This document shows positions 33,986-43,307 of a stretch of 64,000 bases of DNA, piece by piece (within the stretch, counting starts at the first letter, position 1; each line of letters opens with the position of its first letter). The stretch spans positions 564 through 64,563 of the forward strand of contig JAZQCO010000084.1 of NCBI GenBank assembly GCA_045546335.1. The letters are read 5' to 3'. The DNA comes from Candidatus Limivicinus sp. Its GTDB lineage: Bacteria > Bacillota > Clostridia > Oscillospirales > Oscillospiraceae. The notes under the pieces were generated by a model. It was not told the origin of the DNA and searched no databases. It saw only the letters and a list, made by a program, of their open reading frames with translations. Made by a program: the position numbers and the translations under genes.

Positions 33986-34222
33986 ATGAAGGAAGACTAT
34001 CGTGAAAAGTTTCGCGTCCTCGGGCTGAAGATCGCCTTTTACCGCAAGCGGCGCGGCCTGACGCAGGAGCAGTTCGCCGAGAGCATCGGGCGCAGCGTGA
34101 GCTTTGTCAGCCAGATCGAGGCGAACAATTCCACCGTCGTCAAGGGCATCTCCCTCGACACGCTTTTCCTGATTTCCGAGCGGCTGGACGTGCCGCTTGA
34201 GAAGCTGTTCGAGGACGTGTGA
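33986..34222 (+). CDS. XRE-family HTH transcriptional regulator
   Basis: ATG at 33986 after GAGGTG. LKIAFYRKRRGLTQEQFAESIGRSVSFVSQIE is a Cro/C1-type HTH. Confidence 0.8.
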   Translation: MKEDYREKFRVLGLKIAFYRKRRGLTQEQFAESIGRSVSFVSQIEANNSTVVKGISLDTLFLISERLDVPLEKLFEDV

Positions 34223-34223
34223 G

Positions 34224-34757
34224 ATGGCGGGGAAACAGTATTCGCGCGACTACCGTCTCATCGACAGTGTGGACGAGCGCGGGCGCATCCGCACGGAGAC
34301 AGCGTATATCGGCAGCTACTATCGCTTTGCGGCAGGCTTCGAGGCGGCCAGCGCCGCGCAGAAGCGGCTGCGGCTTCTCTCATGGCTGGCGGCGGGCTGT
34401 TTTCTGCTCTCCCTGCTGCCGCGCAGCACCGCCTCGCTCACGCTCTATGTGACGCTGCCGTATCTCTTCACGGCGCTCCCTCTGGGTTTGCTGCTCGCGG
34501 CGCTCTACCGTCTGCGCACGCTGGGGGAGAGGCTTGACCGGCGCGGTGCCGATCAGGCCAACGACCGAGTTCCCGCCTGCTGCTTCGCGCTTATGCTGCT
34601 GCCGGGGCTTTCGCTTCTCGGCGAGGCGGCGGCGTTATGGCGCGGCGGCGCTTTCCTGCCCGGGGACGCGCTGTTCCTGCTCGGCGCGCTCGGCTGCGCG
34701 CTGTGTGCGTGGCTGTGCTTTCGCGAGCGTGAGAAGCTGCGCGCCGTATCTGAGTAA
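34224..34757 (+). CDS. hypothetical membrane protein, apparently translationally coupled to the XRE gene
   Basis: ATG at 34224 sits 1 nt after the XRE stop codon. 177 aa with four predicted hydrophobic helices. No recognised family. Confidence 0.5.
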   Translation: MAGKQYSRDYRLIDSVDERGRIRTETAYIGSYYRFAAGFEAASAAQKRLRLLSWLAAGCFLLSLLPRSTASLTLYVTLPYLFTALPLGLLLAALYRLRTLGERLDRRGADQANDRVPACCFALMLLPGLSLLGEAAALWRGGAFLPGDALFLLGALGCALCAWLCFREREKLRAVSE

Positions 34758-34812
34758 GCTATTCTTCTATATAATATATAGAGGATTGGCAAATAAGATT
34801 AGGAGGATTTCA

Positions 34813-37236
34813 ATGAACAACACGAAGAAACTGCTTGCGCTTCTGCTCGCCGTTGTGATGTGCGTCAGTGTCCTCGCAGGCTGCGGTCAGAAGCAGGAAG
34901 CTCCTGCTGCGACCGAAGAGCCCGCTGCCACTGAAGAGCCTGCTGCGACCGAAGAGCCTGCGGAAGCCACGCCCGAAGCTCCCGAGGAGCCTGCGGAGCC
35001 CGCGGAGCCTGCCACCGCTGCCAGCGAGGATACCCCGCTGGTCGTTGCATACTCCCCGTTTAACAGCAAGTTCTCCCCCTTCTTCTCCCAGACCGCGTAT
35101 GATCAGGAAGCCTGCACCATGACCCAGCTCAGCCTGCTCAACAGCGACCGTACCGGTGCCATCATCCAGAAGGGCATCGAGGGCGAGACCATCGAGTTCA
35201 ACGGCACCCCGTACACCTACTACGGCCCCGCCGACCTCACCATCACCGAGAACGAGGACGGCACCGTCTTCTATGATTTCCAGCTCCGTGACGATCTGGT
35301 CTTCTCCGACGGCGAGCCCATCACCGTGGACGACGTGATCTTCTCCATGTACGTCCTGTGCGACCCCACCTATGACGGCTCCAGCACCCTGTACGCCCAG
35401 CCCATCCTCGGCATGGAGGCCTATCGCAGCGGTATGGACACCCGCGGCAACGTGATTTTTGCCGCCGGTCCCGACGGCTATGCCGAGACCGAGCTCTACA
35501 CCGAGGAGCAGTACAACGCCTTCTGGGAGTACTACAACACCCAGGCCGGCGCTGACTTTGCCCAGGAGATTGTGGACTACTGCAAGAGCAAGGGCTACAA
35601 CGCCGCCGACGACTCCGTCGCCGCCTGCGCCGCCAACTGGGGCTTCGAGCTGGAAGAGACCGCGACCGCTGCGGACTTCTGGGATGCCATCGTCGCCGCC
35701 TATGAGACCGTCGAGCAGGCTGAGGCCACCGAGTCCGCCGGCAGCACTCGTCTCGACCTGACCATCGCCGCTCTCGGCTCCGACTACCAGGCCGGTGTTC
35801 AGACCGGTGAGTCCGCCGCCAGCATCGAGGGCATCCAGAAGATCGACGACTACAACCTGCGCGTCGTCATGACCCAGATCGACGCCACCGCCATCTATCA
35901 CCTCGGCATCAATATCGCCCCCATGCACTACTATGGCGATGCGTCCCTCTATGACTATGACAACAACAGCTTCGGCTTCCCCAAGGGCGATCTGAGCCTT
36001 GTGCGCGCCAAGACCACCCAGCCTCTCGGCGCCGGCCCCTACAAGTTCATCAAGTTTGAAAACGGCGTGATCTACTACGAGGGCAACGAGAACTACTTCC
36101 TCGGCGCTCCCAAGACCAAGTTCATGAACTTCGTCGAGACCGCTTCCGACCAGGACAAGCTCAACGGCATCATGACCGGTACCGTCGATATCAGCGATCC
36201 CACCTTCTCCAACGACAACATCGCCGCCATCATGAAGACCAACGCCAACGGCGAGCTGACGGGCGACGTGATCACCACCAACACCGTCGATAACCTCGGC
36301 TATGGCTACATCGGCCAGAACGCCGTCAACGTCAAGGTTGGCGACGATCCCGCCTCCGACGCCTCCAAGGCTCTCCGCAAGGCCTTCGGCACCATCTTCT
36401 CCGTGTACCGTGAGGTCGCTATCGACTCCTACTACGGCGACCGCGCCTCCGTCATCAACTACCCCATCTCCAACACCTCCTGGGCCGCTCCCCGTCCGGC
36501 TGACGACGGCTACAAGGTGGCCTTCTCCGTTGACGTGAACGGCAACGACATCTACACCTCCGATATGGACGCCGAGGCGAAGTACGCCGCCGCGCTCGAG
36601 GCCGCTCTGGGCTGGTTCGAGGCCGCCGGCTACACCGTCGAGGACGGCAAGCTCACCGCCGCTCCCGAGGGCGCGAAGCTCGAGTACACCTTCTGGATCC
36701 CGGCTGACGGTATCGGCGATCACCCCGCCTTCATGATCGTCAACGAGGCCAAGAACGCGCTGGCCACCATCGGCATGAACCTCATTATCAAGGACCTCTC
36801 CAACAGCTCCGATCTGTGGGACAATCTGGACGCGATCCAGGTCGAGATGTGGGCCGCCGCCTGGGGCGCCACCGTCGATCCCGACATGTACCAGATCTAC
36901 TTCTCCGACGTCGCCAACGGCCCCAGCACCGCCGCCGGCAAGAACCCCATGGGCGGCCCTGCCCAGGGTGGCTCCAACTATGAGTACTGCATCGCCGATC
37001 CCGAGCTCGATGAGCTGATCATGGCGGCCCGCGCCTCCACCGACCAGGCTTACCGCAAGGCGATGTACAAGGCCTGCCTCGACATCGTTGTCGACTGGGC
37101 CGTCGAGACTCCGACCTATCAGCGCCAGAACGCGATCATCTTCTCGACCGAGCGCGTGAACATGGACACCGTCACGCCCGACATCACCACCTTCTACAAG
37201 TGGTTTGCCGAGATCGAGAACATCGAGCTGAACTGA
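34813..37236 (+). CDS. ABC transporter substrate-binding lipoprotein, family 5 (Opp/Dpp-like), oversized
   Basis: ATG at 34813 after AGGAGG. Signal peptide with lipobox LAGC, a PAATEE-repeat linker, then SBP_bac_5-like sequence. 807 aa. Followed by cognate permease and ATPase genes. Confidence 0.85.
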   Translation: MNNTKKLLALLLAVVMCVSVLAGCGQKQEAPAATEEPAATEEPAATEEPAEATPEAPEEPAEPAEPATAASEDTPLVVAYSPFNSKFSPFFSQTAYDQEACTMTQLSLLNSDRTGAIIQKGIEGETIEFNGTPYTYYGPADLTITENEDGTVFYDFQLRDDLVFSDGEPITVDDVIFSMYVLCDPTYDGSSTLYAQPILGMEAYRSGMDTRGNVIFAAGPDGYAETELYTEEQYNAFWEYYNTQAGADFAQEIVDYCKSKGYNAADDSVAACAANWGFELEETATAADFWDAIVAAYETVEQAEATESAGSTRLDLTIAALGSDYQAGVQTGESAASIEGIQKIDDYNLRVVMTQIDATAIYHLGINIAPMHYYGDASLYDYDNNSFGFPKGDLSLVRAKTTQPLGAGPYKFIKFENGVIYYEGNENYFLGAPKTKFMNFVETASDQDKLNGIMTGTVDISDPTFSNDNIAAIMKTNANGELTGDVITTNTVDNLGYGYIGQNAVNVKVGDDPASDASKALRKAFGTIFSVYREVAIDSYYGDRASVINYPISNTSWAAPRPADDGYKVAFSVDVNGNDIYTSDMDAEAKYAAALEAALGWFEAAGYTVEDGKLTAAPEGAKLEYTFWIPADGIGDHPAFMIVNEAKNALATIGMNLIIKDLSNSSDLWDNLDAIQVEMWAAAWGATVDPDMYQIYFSDVANGPSTAAGKNPMGGPAQGGSNYEYCIADPELDELIMAARASTDQAYRKAMYKACLDIVVDWAVETPTYQRQNAIIFSTERVNMDTVTPDITTFYKWFAEIENIELN

Positions 37237-37270
37237 TTCCGGCTTAGCACATTTCAGTAAAACTCTTATC

Positions 37271-37298
37271 CCTGCGCCCCCCCTCCGGGGGGCGCAGG
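37271..37298 (+). other. intra-operon GC hairpin between the receptor and permease genes
   Basis: CCTGCGCCCCCC-CTCC-GGGGGGCGCAGG (12-bp stem) with no following U-tract. Two further inverted repeats lie before the permease RBS, including CAATTGCAG-N10-CTGCAATTG. Confidence 0.5.
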
Positions 37299-37437
37299 CT
37301 CTTAAAATTACCGTATAGCAGAGGGCAGTCCCGGCCGCCCTGTGCTATGCGGCAGTTGCGGTGATACAACTGTCCCCGGAATACGAGAGTATCAATTGCA
37401 GCTCCAGCGCTCTGCAATTGAAGAAAGAACGGAGGTC

Positions 37438-38430
37438 ATGCCCGTGCGCAAATATATCATCAAGCGCCTGTTCCTGTCGGTGATCATCTTTTTCTTTGTC
37501 ATGCTGATCATCTACACCCTGATGCGCTGCCTGCCCACATCCTATATCGAGAATGTGGCGCGCGCCAAGTCCCAGCAGCCCGGCTCCAAGAGCTATGAGG
37601 AGTGGATGGCGCAGCTCACGTCCATGTACAATATGGATAAGGGCATTCTCGGCGGCTATCTGTACTGGCTCAAGGACTTCTTCCGCGGCAACTTCGGCGA
37701 CAGCTGGTTCTACACGATCCCGGTCGTGGAGGAGTTCCACAAGACGGTGTGGCTCAGCTTCTGGATGGGGCTCATCACCCTGTTTTTCGAGCTCGTCATC
37801 GCCATCCCCCTCGGTATCATCGCCGCCACCAAGCAGTACTCCAAGACCGATTACACCATCTCGATCCTTGCCATCGCCTTTATCTCCCTGCCCACCTTCT
37901 TCTTTATCGCACTGCTGAAGCTGGTGTTCAGCGTGAAGCTCGGCTGGTTCGACCTCTTCGGCCTTGTGGGGCGCTACTATGAGCAGCTCTCGCCCTGGGG
38001 ACAGTTCCTCGATAAGGCGCACCATCTCGTGCTGCCCATCGTCACGCTTGTGGTCATCTCCATCGGCGGTCTGATGCGTTACACCCGCACGAACATGCTC
38101 GAGGTGCTCAACGCCGATTACATCCGCACCGCCCGGGCCAAGGGGCTGAGCGAGAAGAAGGTCATCTATCACCACGCCTTCCGCAATACGCTGATCCCGC
38201 TGGTCACGATCGTCGGCGGCTCGCTGCCCGGTCTCTTCTCCGGCGCGCTCTTTACCGAGACGATGTTCTCCATTCCCGGCATCGGCTATGCGTCCTACCA
38301 TGCGATGATCGCGGGCGACATCCCGTTCAGTATGTTCTACCTCGCCTTCCTCGCCATCCTCACCCTGCTTGGCAACCTGATCTCGGATATTCTCTACGCG
38401 GTCGTCGATCCGCGTGTCCGCATCGCATAA
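37438..38430 (+). CDS. ABC transporter permease (OppB/DppB-like)
   Basis: ATG at 37438 after GGAGG. 330-aa, 6-TM protein containing ADYIRTARAKGLSEKKVIYHHAFRN (the EAA-loop region of binding-protein-dependent permeases). Confidence 0.9.
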   Translation: MPVRKYIIKRLFLSVIIFFFVMLIIYTLMRCLPTSYIENVARAKSQQPGSKSYEEWMAQLTSMYNMDKGILGGYLYWLKDFFRGNFGDSWFYTIPVVEEFHKTVWLSFWMGLITLFFELVIAIPLGIIAATKQYSKTDYTISILAIAFISLPTFFFIALLKLVFSVKLGWFDLFGLVGRYYEQLSPWGQFLDKAHHLVLPIVTLVVISIGGLMRYTRTNMLEVLNADYIRTARAKGLSEKKVIYHHAFRNTLIPLVTIVGGSLPGLFSGALFTETMFSIPGIGYASYHAMIAGDIPFSMFYLAFLAILTLLGNLISDILYAVVDPRVRIA

Positions 38431-38448
38431 GAAAGGAGGTCATCGGAT

Positions 38449-40011
38449 ATGAGCGAAGAAAAAAAGAAAGTCAATCCCGCTGCGGAAACGCCCGAGGGCG
38501 AAGAGCAGTTCTCCCTGAACGATGACCGCCGTGTCAAGGTGCTCTCGCCGGGCGCCATGGTCGTCAAGCGCTTTCTGCGCAACCGTATCGCCGTCGTCGG
38601 CCTTGCGATCCTCGCCTTTATGTTTGTCTTCTCCTTCATCGGCGGACTGATCACCCCGTACCAGGAGGACGAGCAGTTCTACCGCATCGACATTCAGAAC
38701 AAGGAATACGCCGGGGCTGTGAAGAACGTGGACTTCCGCTTCCTCGCCGCGCCTGAGCAGAAGTTCGACAGCGTCCTGCAAGCGCAGGTCGTGCTCGCAA
38801 CGCAGACCAACAAGGACAGCTTCTCCTTCCGCCAGACCGACTACAACGTCATCAACGAGGGCGAGGACTTCTATCGCATCACCCTCGCCGACGGCACCAC
38901 GATCGGCCTGGCCTATAAGGATATCGTCTCCAGCTCCGTCGAGGGGCAGAAGCTCAGCTTCGAGTTCGTGTATGAGGCGCTCAAGGCCTACACCAACGGC
39001 GCCGGCAGCTTCCAGGCGGACGGTAAGAGCTACACCATCGAGGAGGACGGCGGCGTGCTCGAGGGCGGCAGCGATGTGGCCTTCATCAGCCGCTATGTCG
39101 TGCAGGCCATCCTGCCCGATATCTTCCTCTCCCGCGCCTTCCAGGAGGAGCTTGTCGCTGAGCTCGAGGCCGGAGCGGATCGCTTCGTCTTTACGGATAC
39201 CGACGGCGTGGAGCATGAGTACATCATCGAGTACAAGGCGGATGTCAAGAACTGGAAGATCCGCCAGGGCACAGAGACCCGCGTGTATGACACCTACGCC
39301 CAGCCCAGCCGTGCGCACTGGCTCGGCACCGACCGCAACGGCATGGATATGCTGACGCGCCTGATGTACGGCGGCCGCGTGTCGCTGATCATCGGCTTCA
39401 TCGTCGAGGCCATCGCGACCATCCTTGGCATCATCATGGGCGGTATCGCCGGTTACTTCGGCAAGTGGGTCGATAACCTCATCATGCGTATCGTCGATAT
39501 CTTCTACTGCATCCCCTCCATGCCGATCATTATTATCCTCGGCGCTGCGATGGATGCGCTGAACGTCGATCCGACGCTCAGAATGATCTACCTCATGCTG
39601 ATTCTCGGCTTCCTCGGCTGGCCGGGCATGGCGCGCCTGATCCGCGGGCAGATCCTCTCCCTGCGCGAGCAGGAGTTCATGACCGCGACCGAGGCCTGCG
39701 GCATCTCCGTCTCCCGCCGCATCTTCAAGCACCTTGTCCCCAATGTCATCCCCCAGATCATTGTCTCTGTCACGATGGGCATTGGCAGCACGATCATCAC
39801 CGAGGCGTCCTTGAGCTTCCTCGGCCTCGGCGTCAAGTTCCCCTTCGCCTCCTGGGGCAATATCATTAACGATGTCAACAACACCTTCGTGCTGCAGCAC
39901 TACTGGTTCATCTGGATCCCCGCCGGAACGCTGCTGCTGCTCACGGTTCTGGCCTTCAACCTGGTCGGCGACGGTCTGCGTGACGCCTTCGACCCGAAGA
40001 TGAAGCGGTAA
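38449..40011 (+). CDS. ABC transporter permease (OppC/DppC-like) with a long N-terminal extracytoplasmic insertion
   Basis: 520-aa ORF with an AAGGAGG RBS. One TM helix, about 240 aa of soluble region, then a typical OppC core (HWLGTDRNGMDMLTRLMYGGR ... EFMTATEACGIS). Confidence 0.9.
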   Translation: MSEEKKKVNPAAETPEGEEQFSLNDDRRVKVLSPGAMVVKRFLRNRIAVVGLAILAFMFVFSFIGGLITPYQEDEQFYRIDIQNKEYAGAVKNVDFRFLAAPEQKFDSVLQAQVVLATQTNKDSFSFRQTDYNVINEGEDFYRITLADGTTIGLAYKDIVSSSVEGQKLSFEFVYEALKAYTNGAGSFQADGKSYTIEEDGGVLEGGSDVAFISRYVVQAILPDIFLSRAFQEELVAELEAGADRFVFTDTDGVEHEYIIEYKADVKNWKIRQGTETRVYDTYAQPSRAHWLGTDRNGMDMLTRLMYGGRVSLIIGFIVEAIATILGIIMGGIAGYFGKWVDNLIMRIVDIFYCIPSMPIIIILGAAMDALNVDPTLRMIYLMLILGFLGWPGMARLIRGQILSLREQEFMTATEACGISVSRRIFKHLVPNVIPQIIVSVTMGIGSTIITEASLSFLGLGVKFPFASWGNIINDVNNTFVLQHYWFIWIPAGTLLLLTVLAFNLVGDGLRDAFDPKMKR

Positions 40012-40024
40012 GGAGGGAGAGAAC

Positions 40025-41173
40025 ATGGCAAAAAAGAAACCGGAAGGATATCTCTCCGCCAAGGAGTCGCGGCGCATCTCCCGCGAGAACCGCAAGATCA
40101 CCAACGCCTACGAAAAGCAGCGCAAGCGCAAAAACGTGCCGGAGTCGGAGTATCTGACCACGATGCACGATCCCAACAACTCCGTGGAGTTTGATAATCT
40201 GCACACCTACTTCTTCACCGATGCCGGCACGGTCAAGGCCGTGGACGGTGTGAGCTTCGAGGTGCCCATCGGCAAGACTGTCGGCGTCGTCGGCGAGTCC
40301 GGCTGCGGCAAATCCGTGACCAGCCTCTCGCTGATGCAGCTCCTGCAGCGCCCGCAGGGGCAGGTCGTGGAAGGGGAGATCCGCCTCAACCTCGGCGACA
40401 AGGCGTATGACGTGACCAAGGCGCCCAACGAGGCGCTGCAAAAGCTGCGCGGCAACTACGTCTCCATGATCTTCCAGGAGCCGATGACCGCCCTGAACCC
40501 GGTTTTCCGCATCGGCGAACAGATCAATGAGGTCATTGCGCTGCACGACGGTGAGGGCAAGAGCGAGGCCGATATCAAAAAGCGCACGATCGAGCTGCTG
40601 GAGATGGTCGGTATCGCCAACTCCGAGGGCGTGTACAATATGTTCCCGCACGAGCTCTCCGGCGGTATGCGGCAGCGCGTGGTCATCGCCATGGCGCTTG
40701 CCTGCAACCCCAAGGTCATTATTGCCGACGAGCCGACGACCGCGCTCGATGTGACGATCCAGGCGCAGATCCTCGACCTGCTGCGGCATCTGAAGGATCG
40801 CATCAACTCCTCGATCATGTTCATTACCCACGACCTCGGCGTCATCGCCGAGATGGCGGACTATGTCGTCGTCATGTACGCCGGGCGCGTGATCGAGAAG
40901 GGCACGGCGGAGGATATCTTCTATCACCCCGCACACCCCTACACCATCGGACTGATGGCGTCGAAACCTGTCGTCGGTAAGAAGACGGACAAGCTCTATT
41001 CCATTCCCGGCAAGGTGCCGAACCCGATCAATATGCCTAACTATTGCTATTTCAAGGATCGCTGCGAGATGTGCGTGGAGCGCTGCACGGGCGAGTATCC
41101 CTGTGAGGTCCGCCTGAGCGATACGCATTTTGTGAGCTGCTACCGGTTCTACGACAAAAAGGAGGGGGAATAA
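40025..41173 (+). CDS. ABC transporter ATP-binding protein (OppD/DppD-like)
   Basis: Walker A GESGCGKSV, signature LSGGMRQRV, Walker B IIADEPTTALD, and a C-terminal oligopeptide-transporter extension with a Cys cluster. Confidence 0.92.
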   Translation: MAKKKPEGYLSAKESRRISRENRKITNAYEKQRKRKNVPESEYLTTMHDPNNSVEFDNLHTYFFTDAGTVKAVDGVSFEVPIGKTVGVVGESGCGKSVTSLSLMQLLQRPQGQVVEGEIRLNLGDKAYDVTKAPNEALQKLRGNYVSMIFQEPMTALNPVFRIGEQINEVIALHDGEGKSEADIKKRTIELLEMVGIANSEGVYNMFPHELSGGMRQRVVIAMALACNPKVIIADEPTTALDVTIQAQILDLLRHLKDRINSSIMFITHDLGVIAEMADYVVVMYAGRVIEKGTAEDIFYHPAHPYTIGLMASKPVVGKKTDKLYSIPGKVPNPINMPNYCYFKDRCEMCVERCTGEYPCEVRLSDTHFVSCYRFYDKKEGE

Positions 41174-41175
41174 GG

Positions 41176-42270
41176 ATGGCAAAGCAGTCCGAACTGGTCA
41201 TTGACAACACCTTCACCCCCGTGCAGTATGACCCGCAGTATATCCTGATGGTCAACAAGCTCAAGAAGTACTTCCCCATCAAGGGCGGCATGATCTCCAA
41301 GACTGTGGGCTATGTCAAGGCGGTGGACGGCGTCACCTTCAACCTCAAGCGCGGCACGACGATGGGGCTGGTCGGCGAATCCGGCTGCGGCAAGACCACC
41401 ACCGGCCGCACGATCCTGCGCCTCTCGGGCGAGAAGTCCGGCGGACAGGTGCTCTTCAACGGCAAGGAGGTCTATGATTTCTCCGCCAGGGAGATGCGCT
41501 CGATGCGCACGAAGATGCAGATCATCTTCCAGGATCCCTTCTCCAGCCTCTCTCCGCGTCTGCCTGTCGGTGAGATCATCGGCGAGGCCGTGCGGGAGCA
41601 CAATCTCGTCCCCGCCAATGAGTTTGACGACTATATCGACAAGATCATGGACAACTGCGGCCTGCAGCCCTTCCACAAGGATCGCTACCCGCATGAGTTC
41701 TCCGGCGGCCAGCGGCAGCGTATCTGCATTGCGCGCGCCCTGGCGCTCAACCCCGAGTTCGTGGTCTGCGACGAGCCGGTCTCCGCGCTGGATGTGTCGA
41801 TCCAGGCGCAGATCATCAACCTCCTCAAGGACTTGCAGGATCAGTACAAGCTGACCTATCTGTTTATCTCCCACGACCTGAGCGTCGTGGAGCATATCTC
41901 CGACTCTGTCGGCGTCATGTACCTCGGCAATCTCGTCGAGTATGGCACGACCGAAGATATCTTCGCCGAGCCGCTGCACCCCTACACGAAGGCGCTGTTC
42001 TCGGCGATCCCCGTCCCCGACCCGCATGCGAAGATGAACCGCATCGTGCTCGAGGGCAGCATCCCCAGCCCCGCGAATCCCCCGCACGGCTGCAAGTTCC
42101 ACACCCGCTGCGAGAACTGCATGGAGATCTGCAAGTACGCCGAGCCGCGCTGGCGTGAGCTACAGCCCAACCACTTCTGTGCCTGCCATCTGTATAACGA
42201 CGCCGAGGCCAAGGCCGAGGCGGAGGAGACCATGCAGAAGGCGAATGCCGCCGGTGTGACGGAGGATTGA
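41176..42270 (+). CDS. ABC transporter ATP-binding protein (OppF/DppF-like)
   Basis: Walker A GESGCGKTT, signature FSGGQRQRI, Walker B VVCDEPVSALD, and a C-terminal CKFHTRC...C extension. Confidence 0.92.
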   Translation: MAKQSELVIDNTFTPVQYDPQYILMVNKLKKYFPIKGGMISKTVGYVKAVDGVTFNLKRGTTMGLVGESGCGKTTTGRTILRLSGEKSGGQVLFNGKEVYDFSAREMRSMRTKMQIIFQDPFSSLSPRLPVGEIIGEAVREHNLVPANEFDDYIDKIMDNCGLQPFHKDRYPHEFSGGQRQRICIARALALNPEFVVCDEPVSALDVSIQAQIINLLKDLQDQYKLTYLFISHDLSVVEHISDSVGVMYLGNLVEYGTTEDIFAEPLHPYTKALFSAIPVPDPHAKMNRIVLEGSIPSPANPPHGCKFHTRCENCMEICKYAEPRWRELQPNHFCACHLYNDAEAKAEAEETMQKANAAGVTED

Positions 42271-42355
42271 GCATGGCAGAGGAACAAAAGCGCCCTGCGG
42301 AGACGGAGGACTGAGCATGGCAGAGGAACAAAAGCGCCCTGCGGAGACGGAGGAC
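42268..42355 (+). repeat. perfect 44-bp tandem duplication spanning the oppF-like stop and the next gene's RBS and start
   Basis: TGAGCATGGCAGAGGAACAAAAGCGCCCTGCGGAGACGGAGGAC at 42268..42311 and again at 42312..42355. Confidence 0.9.
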
Positions 42356-42577
42356 GACGGCCGCACCATCGCCAGCATGAACGTGGAGGGAATGCCGTGG
42401 TTCGTGCCTGGGAAGGCTGACGCGCCGGAGGCGGCACCCGAGAGCTCGCGCATGACGAAGGAGGAGCGCAGCGCCTATATCTGGGCGGCTGTGCGCTCGG
42501 GGCTGCTGATCCTGGCTGTCTTTGCGCTTGTGTTCTTCCTCTTCCTGCTGTTTTGCGACTTTATCTGGTTTCGATAA
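42317..42577 (+). CDS. small membrane protein (hypothetical)
   Basis: 86-aa ORF with a GGAGGAC RBS. Acidic N-terminus and one C-terminal TM helix (LLILAVFALVFFLFLLF). A 13-codon copy of its start lies at 42273..42314. Confidence 0.5.
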   Translation: MAEEQKRPAETEDDGRTIASMNVEGMPWFVPGKADAPEAAPESSRMTKEERSAYIWAAVRSGLLILAVFALVFFLFLLFCDFIWFR

Positions 42578-42764
42578 CTATTCAGTCCCCGAAGGGGACT
42601 GAATAGTTGGGACTGCACCCCGCTGCGCGCACTCGCCTTGCGGGAGACGGCTCGCACACTTGCGGGGCGAGAAGTGTTTTTTCCGAGGTACACGCCCCCG
42701 GAAAAAACGGATTTGATTTTCTTTGCCGCCTTTCGAGGCGACAAATCAGAGGGGAGTGCCCCTC
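42578..42764. repeat. family C hairpin cluster
   Basis: CTATTCAGTCCCC-GAA-GGGGACTGAATAG (42578..42606, a 13-bp perfect stem straight after the stop codon), TTTTTTCCG...CCGGAAAAAA, GCCGCC..GGCGAC, and GAGGGG-AGTG-CCCCTC (42749..42764). Confidence 0.5.
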
Positions 42765-42810
42765 TGAACTCCCCCTCAGCCGCGCTAGGCTGAATCATGA
42801 CTGGATTCGT

Positions 42811-42845
42811 AAAAAAGGGGCCGTGAGAGATCACGGCCTTTTTTC
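42811..42845. terminator. bidirectional intrinsic terminator
   Basis: AAAAAAGG-GGCCGTGA-GAGA-TCACGGCC-TTTTTTT. Confidence 0.75.
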
Positions 42846-42857
42846 ATGGAGGAGACT

Positions 42858-43307
42858 ATGACAGACTATCAAGAATTGAACGCACGGCTGCGCGCGTTGA
42901 TCGAGGGGGTGCCGCACCCGATCGCGAATCTCGCAAACGCGGCGGCGCTGCTGTGGGAGAGCCTGGAGGGCATCAACTGGGCGGGCTTCTATCTGCGCGA
43001 GGGGGATACGCTTGTGCTCGGCCCCTTCCAGGGCAAGCCTGCCTGCATCGAGATCCCCTGGGGGAAGGGGGTCTGCGGCACGGCGGCGGCTGCGGATCAG
43101 ACACAGCTTGTGCCCGATGTCCACGCCTTCCCCGGGCATATCGCCTGTGACAGCGCCTCGAACTCCGAGATCGTCGTGCCGCTGCGGCGCTGCGGCGAGG
43201 TCGTGGCGGTGCTGGATATCGACAGCCCGCACCTTGCCCGCTTCACGGAGGAGGACAGACTCGGATTGGAGGACTTTGCCCATGTCATCGAAGCTGCCCT
43301 CTCCTGA
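42858..43307 (+). CDS. msrC: GAF-domain free methionine-(R)-sulfoxide reductase-like protein
   Basis: MTDYQELNARL..., NWAGFYL, LVLGPFQGKPACIEIPWGKGVCGTAA, HIACDSASNSEIVVPL and VLDIDS: co-linear with the YebR/MsrC family as recalled. Start chosen by N-terminal alignment and the GGAGGAG just upstream. Confidence 0.8.
   Translation: MTDYQELNARLRALIEGVPHPIANLANAAALLWESLEGINWAGFYLREGDTLVLGPFQGKPACIEIPWGKGVCGTAAAADQTQLVPDVHAFPGHIACDSASNSEIVVPLRRCGEVVAVLDIDSPHLARFTEEDRLGLEDFAHVIEAALS

Noticed and set aside
34900-34990. A tandem nucleotide repeat (an 18-nt unit, about three copies) that could be taken for a VNTR or CRISPR-like array.
   Set aside because: It is in frame inside the receptor lipoprotein gene and encodes a PAATEE-type linker directly after the lipobox. 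It has no spacer structure.
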